A DNA stretch of 64,000 nt from Planctomycetota bacterium (GTDB lineage Bacteria > Planctomycetota > UBA1135 > UBA2386), in contig OZ245838.1 of the NCBI GenBank assembly GCA_965228735.1, forward strand, positions 6,240,001-6,304,000, in the 5' to 3' direction. The notes below the pieces were generated by a model that worked only from the letters and a program-made list of their open reading frames with translations, searched no databases and had not been told where the DNA came from. How positions within the stretch are numbered: position 1 is the stretch's first letter; each line of letters begins with the position of its first letter. Below, piece after piece: positions 45,690 to 54,879 of the stretch. Position numbers and translations under genes: made by a program.

Positions 45690-46502
45690 CTACGCGTCTT
45701 CGACCTGGATGCGCTGTTGTTGGGCGCGCAGCATGCGGCGCTTGCGCATGAGGGCGACGAGCATGCCGGCCACGGCGCCGGCGATGCCGCCGACGAGCAT
45801 GCCGCGCAGCGTGCTGTCGTCTGCCGGTTCGGCGGCGCCGTCGAACGTCTGGAGCACGGCTTCGATCGCACTGCGGCCGTCCATGTCATCTGGATGGTAG
45901 AACACCTCGAAGAACTGCAGGCGGTCGTCGGCCGGGACGGCATGCACCTCGAGGATCCACTGCGGCGTGGCCGTGCCGCTCGCATCCGCGCGTTCGATGC
46001 GCCAGCGCAGCGCGAGGGCGTCGATCGCGAACAGCTTCGCGGCCTGGTCGTCGCTCAGGCGAACGAGGTTGACGCCGTCCTGCTGCGTGTAGCTGGTCTC
46101 GAAGTTGCGCCGGAGTTCGTCGACCCGGTCCCGATCGAGCAGCTGCGCCGAAGTCACCTCGGCGGGCTGGCTATAGGCGTTGATCACGCGCACCTGGCCG
46201 GCCGCCATGCCCGGCTGGTGCAGCACGAGGTTGTCGCGCGTGCGTTCGCGCTGCTTCAGCTCGGCCGCGATGCCGGCGACGAGCCCGCGCGCCGGGTCGG
46301 CCGCCGGATCCGAGGGGCGCGAGTCGAGCAGCAGGTCGGCGGCGGTGAGCACGATCCAGCTCGGCACGACGTGCACCTTGCCGGTCTCGCCCGGCAGGGA
46401 CACGGCCGTCTTGCCGGACGGCGGCGGCGACGTTTCCTGCGCCACGGTTCGGCCGGCGAACGCGGTGGCGGTCAAGAGCAGCAGCGAGGCGTAGCGACGC
46501 AT
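45690..46502 (-). CDS. Hypothetical exported protein with C-terminal TM anchor
   Basis: Signal peptide; C-terminal LVGGIAGAVAGMLVAL followed by basic RKRR. Confidence 0.65.
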   Translation of the reverse strand: MRRYASLLLLTATAFAGRTVAQETSPPPSGKTAVSLPGETGKVHVVPSWIVLTAADLLLDSRPSDPAADPARGLVAGIAAELKQRERTRDNLVLHQPGMAAGQVRVINAYSQPAEVTSAQLLDRDRVDELRRNFETSYTQQDGVNLVRLSDDQAAKLFAIDALALRWRIERADASGTATPQWILEVHAVPADDRLQFFEVFYHPDDMDGRSAIEAVLQTFDGAAEPADDSTLRGMLVGGIAGAVAGMLVALMRKRRMLRAQQQRIQVEDA

Positions 46503-46557
46503 GGGCGCACCATCGCGCTTCGGCCACTGCCATTCCAGTCCGAGGGCGCGCCCGCGG

Positions 46558-48366
46558 CTACTTCGTCAGCGGCCAGATCAGCGGGGTCGCGAGCGTCGCG
46601 ACGAGCCAGGTGATGACGGCGAACGGCAGCCCCAGCACGACGTAGTCGCGGAAGCGGTAGCGGCCGGGGCCCATGACGAGGAGGGTCGACTCGTGCGCGA
46701 TCGGGGTGATGAAGCTCGCCGAGATGCAGACGCAGATGCCGAGGAAGTACGGCCGCGGGTCGGCGTCGCTCGCGAGCGCCATCTCGTAGGCGAGCGGCGC
46801 GAGGAGCACCGCGACGGCGGCGTTCTCGATGATCTGCGTCAGGATCAGCGCGAGCAGCAGCAGCACGCCGAGGGTCAGGTGCGGGGAGTCGGCCCCGGCG
46901 AAGTCCGCGATCGCGCCCGCGAACAGCTCCGCCGTGCCCGTCGTCTGCAGCGCTTCGCCGAACGGGATCATCGCGCCGACGATGATCAGGGTCGGCAGGT
47001 CGATCGCTTCGTAGGCCGAACGCAGGCCGACGCAGCCCGAGAGCACGGCCGCCATCGCCGCCATCGGGATCGTCGTCGCCGGCGACAGCCAGCCGAACGC
47101 GCCGCTGACGACCATGAGGAAGAGGATCAGCAGCAAAACGATCGCCGACCTCGGCCGCGCGTTGGGCAGCGGTCGCGACTCGAGGAGCAACAGATCCGGG
47201 TTGCGACGCAGGCGCTGGATCTCCGTCTCGTGGCCGACGAGCAGCAGCGAGTCGCCGCTGCGCAGCGTGACGCGCGAGGGGCGTTCGCGAATCGAACGCC
47301 CCGCGCGACTGATCGCGAGCGGGCTCACGCCGTAGCGATGGTGGAAGTCGACGTCGCGCAAGCTGCGCTGCACGAGGCCGCTGTCCGGCGGCAGGATCGC
47401 CTCGACCATGCGGAGGTCGGCGGAGCGCAGCGTCTTGTCATTGATCTTGAGCTCCTCGCGCACCTTCATGCCCGGTGACGTGATCACATCGGTGATCGCG
47501 GTGATCCGGCCCTGGATCACGAGCACGTCGCCGGGCTGCACTCGCAGCCACGGACTCGGCGGCAGGAACTCCTTGTCGCGGATCACCTGCAGCAGCGACA
47601 CATCCTTCTCCGCGAGGTCGAGCTCTTTGAGGGTCTTGCCGACGTACTCGGAGTCGGTCTCCGCCATCGTCTCGGTGAGGAACTCGGCGACCTCGTAGCG
47701 GCTCTCGAGTGAGGCCTTCGACTCGCCGCGCGGCAGGAAGCGCCGGCCTGCCAGCACGAACCACGCGCCGCACGCGAGGAACACGAGCGCGGCGAGCGGC
47801 GTGAACGCGAAGAACCCGAAGCCCGAACCGCCCGGGGTGTCCGCGAGGAAGTCCGACAAGATCACGTTGCTGCGCGTCCCGATGAGCGTCCACTGGCCGC
47901 CGAGCAGCGAGCCGAATGCGAGCAGCATGAGCACCCGGGACGGCGAGTAGCCGCGTTCGCGGCAGATCGCCATGACGGGCGGCATCCAGACGAGCACGGT
48001 CGTCGTGTTGTTGATGACCGCGCTGAACCCCGTGATCATCACGAGGATCGTGAGCTGGAACCGCAGTTCGCTGGTCGCGCTCCGGCTCAGCAGGCGGCCG
48101 CCGAGCAGCGCGGCCGCGCCCGTGCGGACCATCGCGGCGGACAGCACGAACATCGATGCGACCATCACGAGCGCTGGGCTGCCGAAGCCGTGGAACGCCT
48201 GGACCGGGGAGAGGATCGCCTCGAGTCCGTTCGGGCCCGGCCGCCAGGGCACGAGCAGCGCCAGCATCACGAGCAGTGCCGTCACATCGGCGCGGACGCG
48301 CTGGAGATAGAACGACACCATCGCGGCGAGCAGGATGGCGGCAAGGAAGACGGACTCGGCGGTCAC
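46558..48366 (-). CDS. SLC13/CitMHS-family permease with two TrkA-C domains
   Basis: SAVINNT, SPSRVLMLLAFGSLLGG, TLIGTRSN, soluble RCK-C-like middle region, FITPIAH, GPGRYRFRDY. Confidence 0.9.
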   Translation of the reverse strand: MTAESVFLAAILLAAMVSFYLQRVRADVTALLVMLALLVPWRPGPNGLEAILSPVQAFHGFGSPALVMVASMFVLSAAMVRTGAAALLGGRLLSRSATSELRFQLTILVMITGFSAVINNTTTVLVWMPPVMAICRERGYSPSRVLMLLAFGSLLGGQWTLIGTRSNVILSDFLADTPGGSGFGFFAFTPLAALVFLACGAWFVLAGRRFLPRGESKASLESRYEVAEFLTETMAETDSEYVGKTLKELDLAEKDVSLLQVIRDKEFLPPSPWLRVQPGDVLVIQGRITAITDVITSPGMKVREELKINDKTLRSADLRMVEAILPPDSGLVQRSLRDVDFHHRYGVSPLAISRAGRSIRERPSRVTLRSGDSLLLVGHETEIQRLRRNPDLLLLESRPLPNARPRSAIVLLLILFLMVVSGAFGWLSPATTIPMAAMAAVLSGCVGLRSAYEAIDLPTLIIVGAMIPFGEALQTTGTAELFAGAIADFAGADSPHLTLGVLLLLALILTQIIENAAVAVLLAPLAYEMALASDADPRPYFLGICVCISASFITPIAHESTLLVMGPGRYRFRDYVVLGLPFAVITWLVATLATPLIWPLTK

Positions 48367-48439
48367 GCAACCAACGGTAGGGAGGCCGGGTCATTCTGCC
48401 CAGCTTGACTCATCGCGGCGTGGGGCCGACCATCAAGGT

Positions 48440-50584
48440 GTGTACCCCCTGACTCGCGAATTCTGGCGTTCTGCTGGTGCTGCCGCGCTCGCCGCGCTCC
48501 TGACCGTTGCGACCGTATCGGCCCAGGACCCGGCCGACGACGTGGCCGAACTGCTGCGGTTGCGCGACGACGCCGATCCCGCGTTGATCACGAAGATCGC
48601 CGCGACCCGATCCCGCACCGGGGCCGAGGGCCTCGTGAAGGCCTACGACCTGTGCGGCAGTATTCTCATGCGCCGGGAGATCGTCTACGGGCTCGCGCGC
48701 TTCGACGGTTCGGCCGAGGCCGAACAGCCGGCGCTGACCAAGATCGCGAACGTGGCGACGGGGTCGGAGGACGAAGAGCTGCGCGACGCCGCGATCACGG
48801 CCCTCGCCGGCTGCAAGAACCTTGGCAAGCACTTCCTGCGGCAGATCGTCGAGAGCCCGGCGGCGGACGTCGTGCGCGAGCCCGCGATGGCGGAGCACGT
48901 CAAGCTCGGTGATGCGTCCGATCTCGACTGGTACAAGTTCGTCTGGAACCTGAAGAACGAGCAGCGCAAGGACGAGGCGGGCGAGATCAAGCCGATCGAG
49001 CTGCCGACGATCCGACTGCTCGCGTTCCGCGGCGCGGCGCCGCACCTCACCGAGAGCGAGCTCATCGAGGCGACGCGGCGCGAGTTCGATCCCAAGATCC
49101 GACGTGAGGCGCTCGTCACGATGCGCAACCGTGACATGCCGAAGACGGCCGAGATCGCGGCGTGGATGCTCGAACGCGTCGACTTCCCGGGGCCGGACCG
49201 CATCGTCGCGGCCCGCATCGTCGCCGATCGGCAGGGTGAGCGCGCGGCGAGCCTGTTCCTCAAGCTCGCGAAGAAGCGCGACGTCACGACCGAGGACCTG
49301 CGGCTCGAACTCGCGCGCCTCATGCGCAAGATGAACGACGCGAAGGTGCGCAAGAAGGTCGCGAAGATGATCGGTCGTGGCAAGCCGCACGAGCGCGTGT
49401 TCGCGCTCGAGGCCGCGGGTCGTGAAGCGACGGAGAAGCAGCTCAAGAAGGAGCTCGGGCACAAGGAGGTCGAGGTCCGCCGCGCGGCGGCCGATGTCAT
49501 CCGGGAGCGCAAGATGCGCGAGATGCTGCCCGAGATGCGCAGCATGCTCGAGGATCCCAAGCGGCCCGGTGACGCGCGCCTCGCCGTCGAGGTCATCAGC
49601 GCCATCGAGAAGGGCTCAGATCCGTGGCTCGAGGAGCTCGCGAAGTTCACGAAGTCGGAGGATCGCGATCTGCGCAACGCCGCGGTCGAGCAGATCGGCA
49701 AGGGCCGCTGGAAGAAGCAGGTCGGCGTGCTCGCCGAGGCGCTCGATCACCCGGACTGGTCGACGCGCTTCGCGGCGGTCGAGGGGCTCTACGAGATGCG
49801 CCGCAAGCAGGTCGTCCCGCTCCTGATCGAGCGGTTGCCCAAGGACCGCGGCCGCATGAGCAAGCGGATCGGCGAGATCCTGTTCGAGTTCACCGCCCAG
49901 CCCTACGGCGAGGACTACGAGCGTTGGAAGGCCTGGTGGCAGGAGGCCGCTGCCAAGTTCGAGATCGTGTCGGACGGTGATCTGGCCAAGGCCAGGAAGG
50001 CCCGCGAGACGAAGCGCCTGACCGAACGCACCCGCGCGCCGGCCAAGTTCTTCGGCCTCAAGATCGAGTCCCACCGCGTGATCTTCGTGGTCGACGTCTC
50101 GGGCTCGATGATCGAAGCGATGTACGGGAAGGAATACGACGGCCGTCCCGCTGCCCGCATCGACATCGCACGGGTGGAGGTCATCAACGCGATCAAGAAC
50201 CTCGACTCCAACGCGCTGTTCAACGTCTACGCGTTCAGCAGCGGCGTCGAGAAGTGGAAGGAAGAGAGCTCGGGCACCAACAACGCGGACAGCCGCGCGG
50301 CCGCGATCGAGTGGGTTCAGCGCCTCGGCGCGAGCGGCGGCACGAACATCTACGACTCGCTCGAGCTCGCGTTCGCAGATCCGGACGTCGACACGATCTA
50401 CCTGATGTCCGACGGCGAGCCGACCGTCGGGGCGGTGATCGATCCGCACCGCATCCGCGAGGACGTGGCGTTCTGGAACCGCCACCGCAAGATCAAGATC
50501 CACACGGTGGCCGTGGGCGGCAACCTCGAGATCCTCGAGTGGCTGGCGACCGACTCGGGCGGCCGCCACATCAAGATGCGGTAG
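48440..50584 (+). CDS. Secreted HEAT-repeat protein with C-terminal vWA domain
   Basis: Signal ending VSA-QD; PBS-lyase-like repeats; MIDAS DVSGS, GGTN, LMSDGEP. Start approximate. Confidence 0.85.
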   Translation: MYPLTREFWRSAGAAALAALLTVATVSAQDPADDVAELLRLRDDADPALITKIAATRSRTGAEGLVKAYDLCGSILMRREIVYGLARFDGSAEAEQPALTKIANVATGSEDEELRDAAITALAGCKNLGKHFLRQIVESPAADVVREPAMAEHVKLGDASDLDWYKFVWNLKNEQRKDEAGEIKPIELPTIRLLAFRGAAPHLTESELIEATRREFDPKIRREALVTMRNRDMPKTAEIAAWMLERVDFPGPDRIVAARIVADRQGERAASLFLKLAKKRDVTTEDLRLELARLMRKMNDAKVRKKVAKMIGRGKPHERVFALEAAGREATEKQLKKELGHKEVEVRRAAADVIRERKMREMLPEMRSMLEDPKRPGDARLAVEVISAIEKGSDPWLEELAKFTKSEDRDLRNAAVEQIGKGRWKKQVGVLAEALDHPDWSTRFAAVEGLYEMRRKQVVPLLIERLPKDRGRMSKRIGEILFEFTAQPYGEDYERWKAWWQEAAAKFEIVSDGDLAKARKARETKRLTERTRAPAKFFGLKIESHRVIFVVDVSGSMIEAMYGKEYDGRPAARIDIARVEVINAIKNLDSNALFNVYAFSSGVEKWKEESSGTNNADSRAAAIEWVQRLGASGGTNIYDSLELAFADPDVDTIYLMSDGEPTVGAVIDPHRIREDVAFWNRHRKIKIHTVAVGGNLEILEWLATDSGGRHIKMR

Positions 50585-50811
50585 CGCCGGCGCGACGGAC
50601 CGGTGGTGTCGCCGGTTGCCCGGCGATGGATTCCTCGCACATCGGGGCGGCCGCGGCGGATTTCCCGGGGCCGCGGTGCCGGGCACGGATCGGCCCGATG
50701 GCCCGATGCGGTCGTCGGTTCGCCGGTGCCGGCAGCCCCTGGGTCGTGCGGCATGCCGTATCGGCTGGATCTTGGCGTTGACTTTCCCGAATCGCGTGGC
50801 GTACTTGCCTC

Positions 50812-53079
50812 ATGCTACGCGTTCTCACCACCCTCGTATCCACCCTGCTCGCGGCGTCCGCGCTCGCGCAATCCAACGCCGTGCAGGGAACGGACGTCAA
50901 CCTCTACGAAATCTACGGGAGCACCGTTCACGGGCGTCGTGGGCCGTCGTATCCCGGCGGTGAAGTAGGGGTCACGTTCGGGCACGGGTTCTGCAACGCC
51001 GGCACGGTGCACGTGCCGTGGCAGACGACGTCGCCGGGTGCGACGATGGTGGACGTCCACTTCAAGATCGCGTTCATGGTGGCGCGTGAGAGCAACGGCC
51101 GCATGGTCCAGGTCTCGACGTCCGAGACCGGCGTGAAGCACTCGCGCACGACCTACAACCTCGGCTCGAGTCTGTGCGGGACGATGATCCCGGGGCCGTC
51201 GAGCACGTTCTACATCGGCGCCTACGACGCCTACAACGCGTCGTACTGGAACGCCGATCGCTACAACCTCGGCCCGAGCGACGAGGTCAACCCCTGGCTC
51301 GGTTCCTGGGATCCGGTCGGCAGCTACTTCGATCGCGGTGACCCGGCGGTCGGTGGCGGCGCTGCGAACGACGGCCGGCAGTCGCTGACGTCGTCGCAGA
51401 CGGGCGCGTTCGACGAGGTCAAGAACCGCGTCGTCATCCCCGAGGCCGAGCTGTCGCAGCCGGGCACGTTCTTCGCCCAGGTGCACTTGACGTGCGAGGG
51501 TGAGCCCGTGGCCAACCGCGGCAACAACCTGCGCAGCGAGCGGATGTCGTACAACTGGAACGGCAGCAGCTGGTCGTCGAGCAACCAGGGCAACGAGGTC
51601 GCCGGTTCGGTTCTCAACCAGTGGCAGGGCGCGAACGTGTCGCTCGGCGGCAACGGCAACGACGACGGGCGCTTCGCCGTCGGCGTCGTCGTCACGGGGC
51701 CGACCAACGGCATCTACCACTACGAGTACGCCGTCCACAACGTCGACAACCATCGCGGCGGTGCTTCCTTCCGCCTGCCGCTACCGCCGGGTGCGAACGT
51801 GACGAACGCGGGCTTCCGCGACATCGACACCAACGCGCTCAACGAGTGGAACATCAGCCAGAACGCCTCCGAGATCGCGTGGACCGCGGCGGCGAACAAC
51901 CCGCTCAACTGGAACTCGATCTACAACTTCTGGTTCGACTGCGACGCCGCGCCCGGTGGCGGCACGGCCGTGATCGACCAGGCCCGCATCGGCCCCGGCG
52001 CGCTCGACGTCTCGGTCAGCACCGAGGTGCCGGGTGGTTCCCCGGCCGCGACCGTCGCCCAGTTCGGCAACGGCTGCGGTTCGTGCACGCCGGCGTTCTA
52101 CGAGCTGTTCTCGCCGGCGGCCAACATCGACCTCTCCGGCTCGTCGGCCGTGATGAGCTACGGTGGCGGTGAGTACAACGTCGGCAACGGCTCGACCCAG
52201 TACCTCGCGCCGGCGAGCGCCGACCTCGGCCTCGGCAACGACGACCACGTGCAGGTCAACCTGCCGTTCTCGCTGCCCTACCCCGGCGGTTCGACGAACT
52301 CGCTCTGGGTCTGCTCGAACGGCTTCGTGTCGACGACGGCCGCGAACGGGACCGGCTGGCTGCCGATCATCAGCTCGTTCCTGAGCGGCGCGACGCGTTG
52401 GGCCGCGGGCATGCACGACCTCGATCCGTCGACGGCCGGCAGCGTGCACTTCGACGCCTCGCCGACCGTGGCGACGGTGACGTGGCTCAACGTCGCGAAC
52501 TTCCTGTCCGGCAGCTTCCCGGGCACGACCACGATGCAGCTGCAGTTCTACCCGAACGGTGACGTGCACATGATCTGGCAGTCGATGTCGAACACGGGTG
52601 TGCCGTGGGTCGTCGGCTACACGCCGGGTGGCGTCACGGTCGATCCGGGTAGCATCGACATCAGCTCCGAGGTGGGCAACGGTTTCCGGCTGTGCATGGC
52701 GACCGTCGAAGAGCTCGCTCTCGACGCCAGCGCTCCGCCGGTCGTCGGCTCCCAGCTCGACCAGATCACGTCGAGCATCAGCCAGCCGGGCACGCCGTTC
52801 GGCGCGACCCTGATGACGATCACGCCGCCCGCGTCGCCGATCGACCTCAGCGGGTTCGGCCTCGAGGGCTGCTCGGGCTACGTGCCGTCGAGCGGTTCGG
52901 TGACGGCCTTCTGGACGACGGGCGGCAACGCCACGGTCCAGGTGCCGTTCGCGGTGCCGAACAACAACGCGTTCATCGGGCTCGAGATCACGAGCCAGAG
53001 CTTCGCCTACACGCCGGCCGCCGGCACGTCGATCGGGCTCATCGTCTCGAACGGCCTGCTGATGACCGTCGGCATCTAG
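50812..53079 (+). CDS. Secreted multidomain beta-rich hypothetical protein
   Basis: Signal MLRVLTTLVSTLLAASALA-Q; GC3-rich codon usage; NIDO-like segment and shared C-terminal module (see findings). Confidence 0.8.
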   Translation: MLRVLTTLVSTLLAASALAQSNAVQGTDVNLYEIYGSTVHGRRGPSYPGGEVGVTFGHGFCNAGTVHVPWQTTSPGATMVDVHFKIAFMVARESNGRMVQVSTSETGVKHSRTTYNLGSSLCGTMIPGPSSTFYIGAYDAYNASYWNADRYNLGPSDEVNPWLGSWDPVGSYFDRGDPAVGGGAANDGRQSLTSSQTGAFDEVKNRVVIPEAELSQPGTFFAQVHLTCEGEPVANRGNNLRSERMSYNWNGSSWSSSNQGNEVAGSVLNQWQGANVSLGGNGNDDGRFAVGVVVTGPTNGIYHYEYAVHNVDNHRGGASFRLPLPPGANVTNAGFRDIDTNALNEWNISQNASEIAWTAAANNPLNWNSIYNFWFDCDAAPGGGTAVIDQARIGPGALDVSVSTEVPGGSPAATVAQFGNGCGSCTPAFYELFSPAANIDLSGSSAVMSYGGGEYNVGNGSTQYLAPASADLGLGNDDHVQVNLPFSLPYPGGSTNSLWVCSNGFVSTTAANGTGWLPIISSFLSGATRWAAGMHDLDPSTAGSVHFDASPTVATVTWLNVANFLSGSFPGTTTMQLQFYPNGDVHMIWQSMSNTGVPWVVGYTPGGVTVDPGSIDISSEVGNGFRLCMATVEELALDASAPPVVGSQLDQITSSISQPGTPFGATLMTITPPASPIDLSGFGLEGCSGYVPSSGSVTAFWTTGGNATVQVPFAVPNNNAFIGLEITSQSFAYTPAAGTSIGLIVSNGLLMTVGI

Positions 53080-53154
53080 CAGGAGCTGCGCGGGATCGCC
53101 CGCCCGGGATGGTTGTCCCGGCGGGGCGGGCGTCGGCGTTACGATGCCGACGCC

Positions 53155-54705
53155 ATGCCCTGCCGCCGTGCGTCGCTCCCGCTGCTCGCAGTCCTCGGCT
53201 CTGCGGCTCCGCCCGCTGCGCTCGCGCAATCGGCGGAGCCGAGTCATGTACCGGTGCACACGCCGCGGCTGTGGGACGACGCGGCGCTGCGCGACTGGGC
53301 GTTGCCGGTCGCGGCGCTGGGGGTGGCGCCGGCGCACATGCCCGCAGCGGACTACTACGCGTTGCCCGTCGACAACCTCCGGACCTATCCCGTCTACCAC
53401 CCGGATCGCGAGCCGCCCGGCTACCTCGACGAGATTCGCCGGCGCGGGCCGCAGCCGCTCGTCGATCCCACAGCGCTCGATGGCCAGCCGGAGGCCGTCT
53501 GGATCGAGACCGGCCGCCGCGTCTTCGATGAGCTCGACTCGTGGTTCTTCCGCACCTCGGACCCCGACGTCATCGCGCACTTCCGCAGCGCGAAGTCGAT
53601 CGACGCGACGCGGGACGACCGCAACGATCGCATCACCGCGGACGGCATCCTGCCGGTCTACCGTTGGGTCGTCGACCGCGACGGTGTGCTGAACATCTCG
53701 CTGCAGAGCTGTGGCAGCTGCCACCATCGGATCGACGACACCGGCCATCTCGTGCCCGGCGGGCCGCCGAATTACTCGCTCGCGGAGAACGCCGCGGTCT
53801 CGCACATCCTCGGCCTCGTGCGCGACGTGCCGGGAGTCGCGCCCGGCGAGCTGTTCTACGCGTCGTTCGGCGTGCCGTGGCTGGCGGGCGACGTGCACGA
53901 GAGGTATCGCAAGGCGCCAGGGAGCGAGATCGGCAGGCTCTTCTCGTTGCCGACCGGAGCGCCGGAGAACACGACGTTCGATCGCATCAACGGCAGCCCG
54001 TTCTTCGCGACGCGCCTCAGCGATCTGCGGGGCGTGCGCCACCGCCGGTTCCTCGACGCGACGGCGACGCATCGCAATCGGGGTCCCGAGGACATCGCGC
54101 GCTACGGGATTCTCGTGGAGGTCGCCGACACCGGCGTGTTCGGTGAGCACCGGTTGTCCGAGGCGCTGCCGACCGAGCGTTACCGGCCCGAGGACGCGGC
54201 GATGTATGCGCTCGCGCTCTACCTCTGGTCGACCGAGCGACCGCGACCCGCGGCCCCGCCGAGCGACCTGGCGCGGCGCGGTCAGGCGGTCTTCGAGGCG
54301 GAGGGCTGTCACAAGTGTCACAGCCCGCCGCACTACACCAACAACGAACTCGTCCGGGCACCGGGTTTCGACCCCGTGCTCGATGCTCCGCCCTATCGCG
54401 ATCTGCCGATCATGCGCCGCCGCGTCGACACGGACCCGGGGCTCGCGCTGCGGACCCGCAAGGGCACGGGGCTCTACAAGGTGCCGTCACTGCGCGGCGT
54501 GCGGTACCGCGAGTTGCTCGGCCACAGCGGCTCGGTGAAACGGCTCGAGGACTGGTTCGATCCCGCCCGGCTCGAGGAAGACTACGTGCCCACGGGCTGG
54601 CGCGGTCCGGGCGTCGAGCGTCGCGCCGTGCCGGGCCACGAGTTCGGCCTCGATCTGGAGCCCGCCGACAAGCGCGCGCTGCTTGCGTTCCTGCGGACGC
54701 TGTAG
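53155..54705 (+). CDS. Di-heme c-type cytochrome (CcP/MauG/RoxA-like superfamily), function unknown
   Basis: CGSCH and CHKCH; RGQAVF, YKVPSLRGV, GHSGSV, GHEFG, LLAFLRTL. Confidence 0.8.
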   Translation: MPCRRASLPLLAVLGSAAPPAALAQSAEPSHVPVHTPRLWDDAALRDWALPVAALGVAPAHMPAADYYALPVDNLRTYPVYHPDREPPGYLDEIRRRGPQPLVDPTALDGQPEAVWIETGRRVFDELDSWFFRTSDPDVIAHFRSAKSIDATRDDRNDRITADGILPVYRWVVDRDGVLNISLQSCGSCHHRIDDTGHLVPGGPPNYSLAENAAVSHILGLVRDVPGVAPGELFYASFGVPWLAGDVHERYRKAPGSEIGRLFSLPTGAPENTTFDRINGSPFFATRLSDLRGVRHRRFLDATATHRNRGPEDIARYGILVEVADTGVFGEHRLSEALPTERYRPEDAAMYALALYLWSTERPRPAAPPSDLARRGQAVFEAEGCHKCHSPPHYTNNELVRAPGFDPVLDAPPYRDLPIMRRRVDTDPGLALRTRKGTGLYKVPSLRGVRYRELLGHSGSVKRLEDWFDPARLEEDYVPTGWRGPGVERRAVPGHEFGLDLEPADKRALLAFLRTL

Positions 54706-54879
54706 TCCTGGATCAGCGCCGCAAGCTCGGCCGAACCGCCGCGTGCGGCGGCCGGGGCGGGGGGCCGAGACTGCGTCATGCGCCCCGCTCGATCCGGGCT
54801 GCGGCGGGTCGGCCGGTCCGGCAACACTTCCCGCGACCGCGGCGTGCAGCGAACGGCGGGGTTCGTAGACTGTTCGGCG

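Noticed and set aside
50778..50806. Sigma70 promoter (TTGACT ... GTACTT) for the 50812 gene
   Set aside because: The -35 is good, but no TANNNT -10 lies at 16-18 bp spacing, so I could not support a call.
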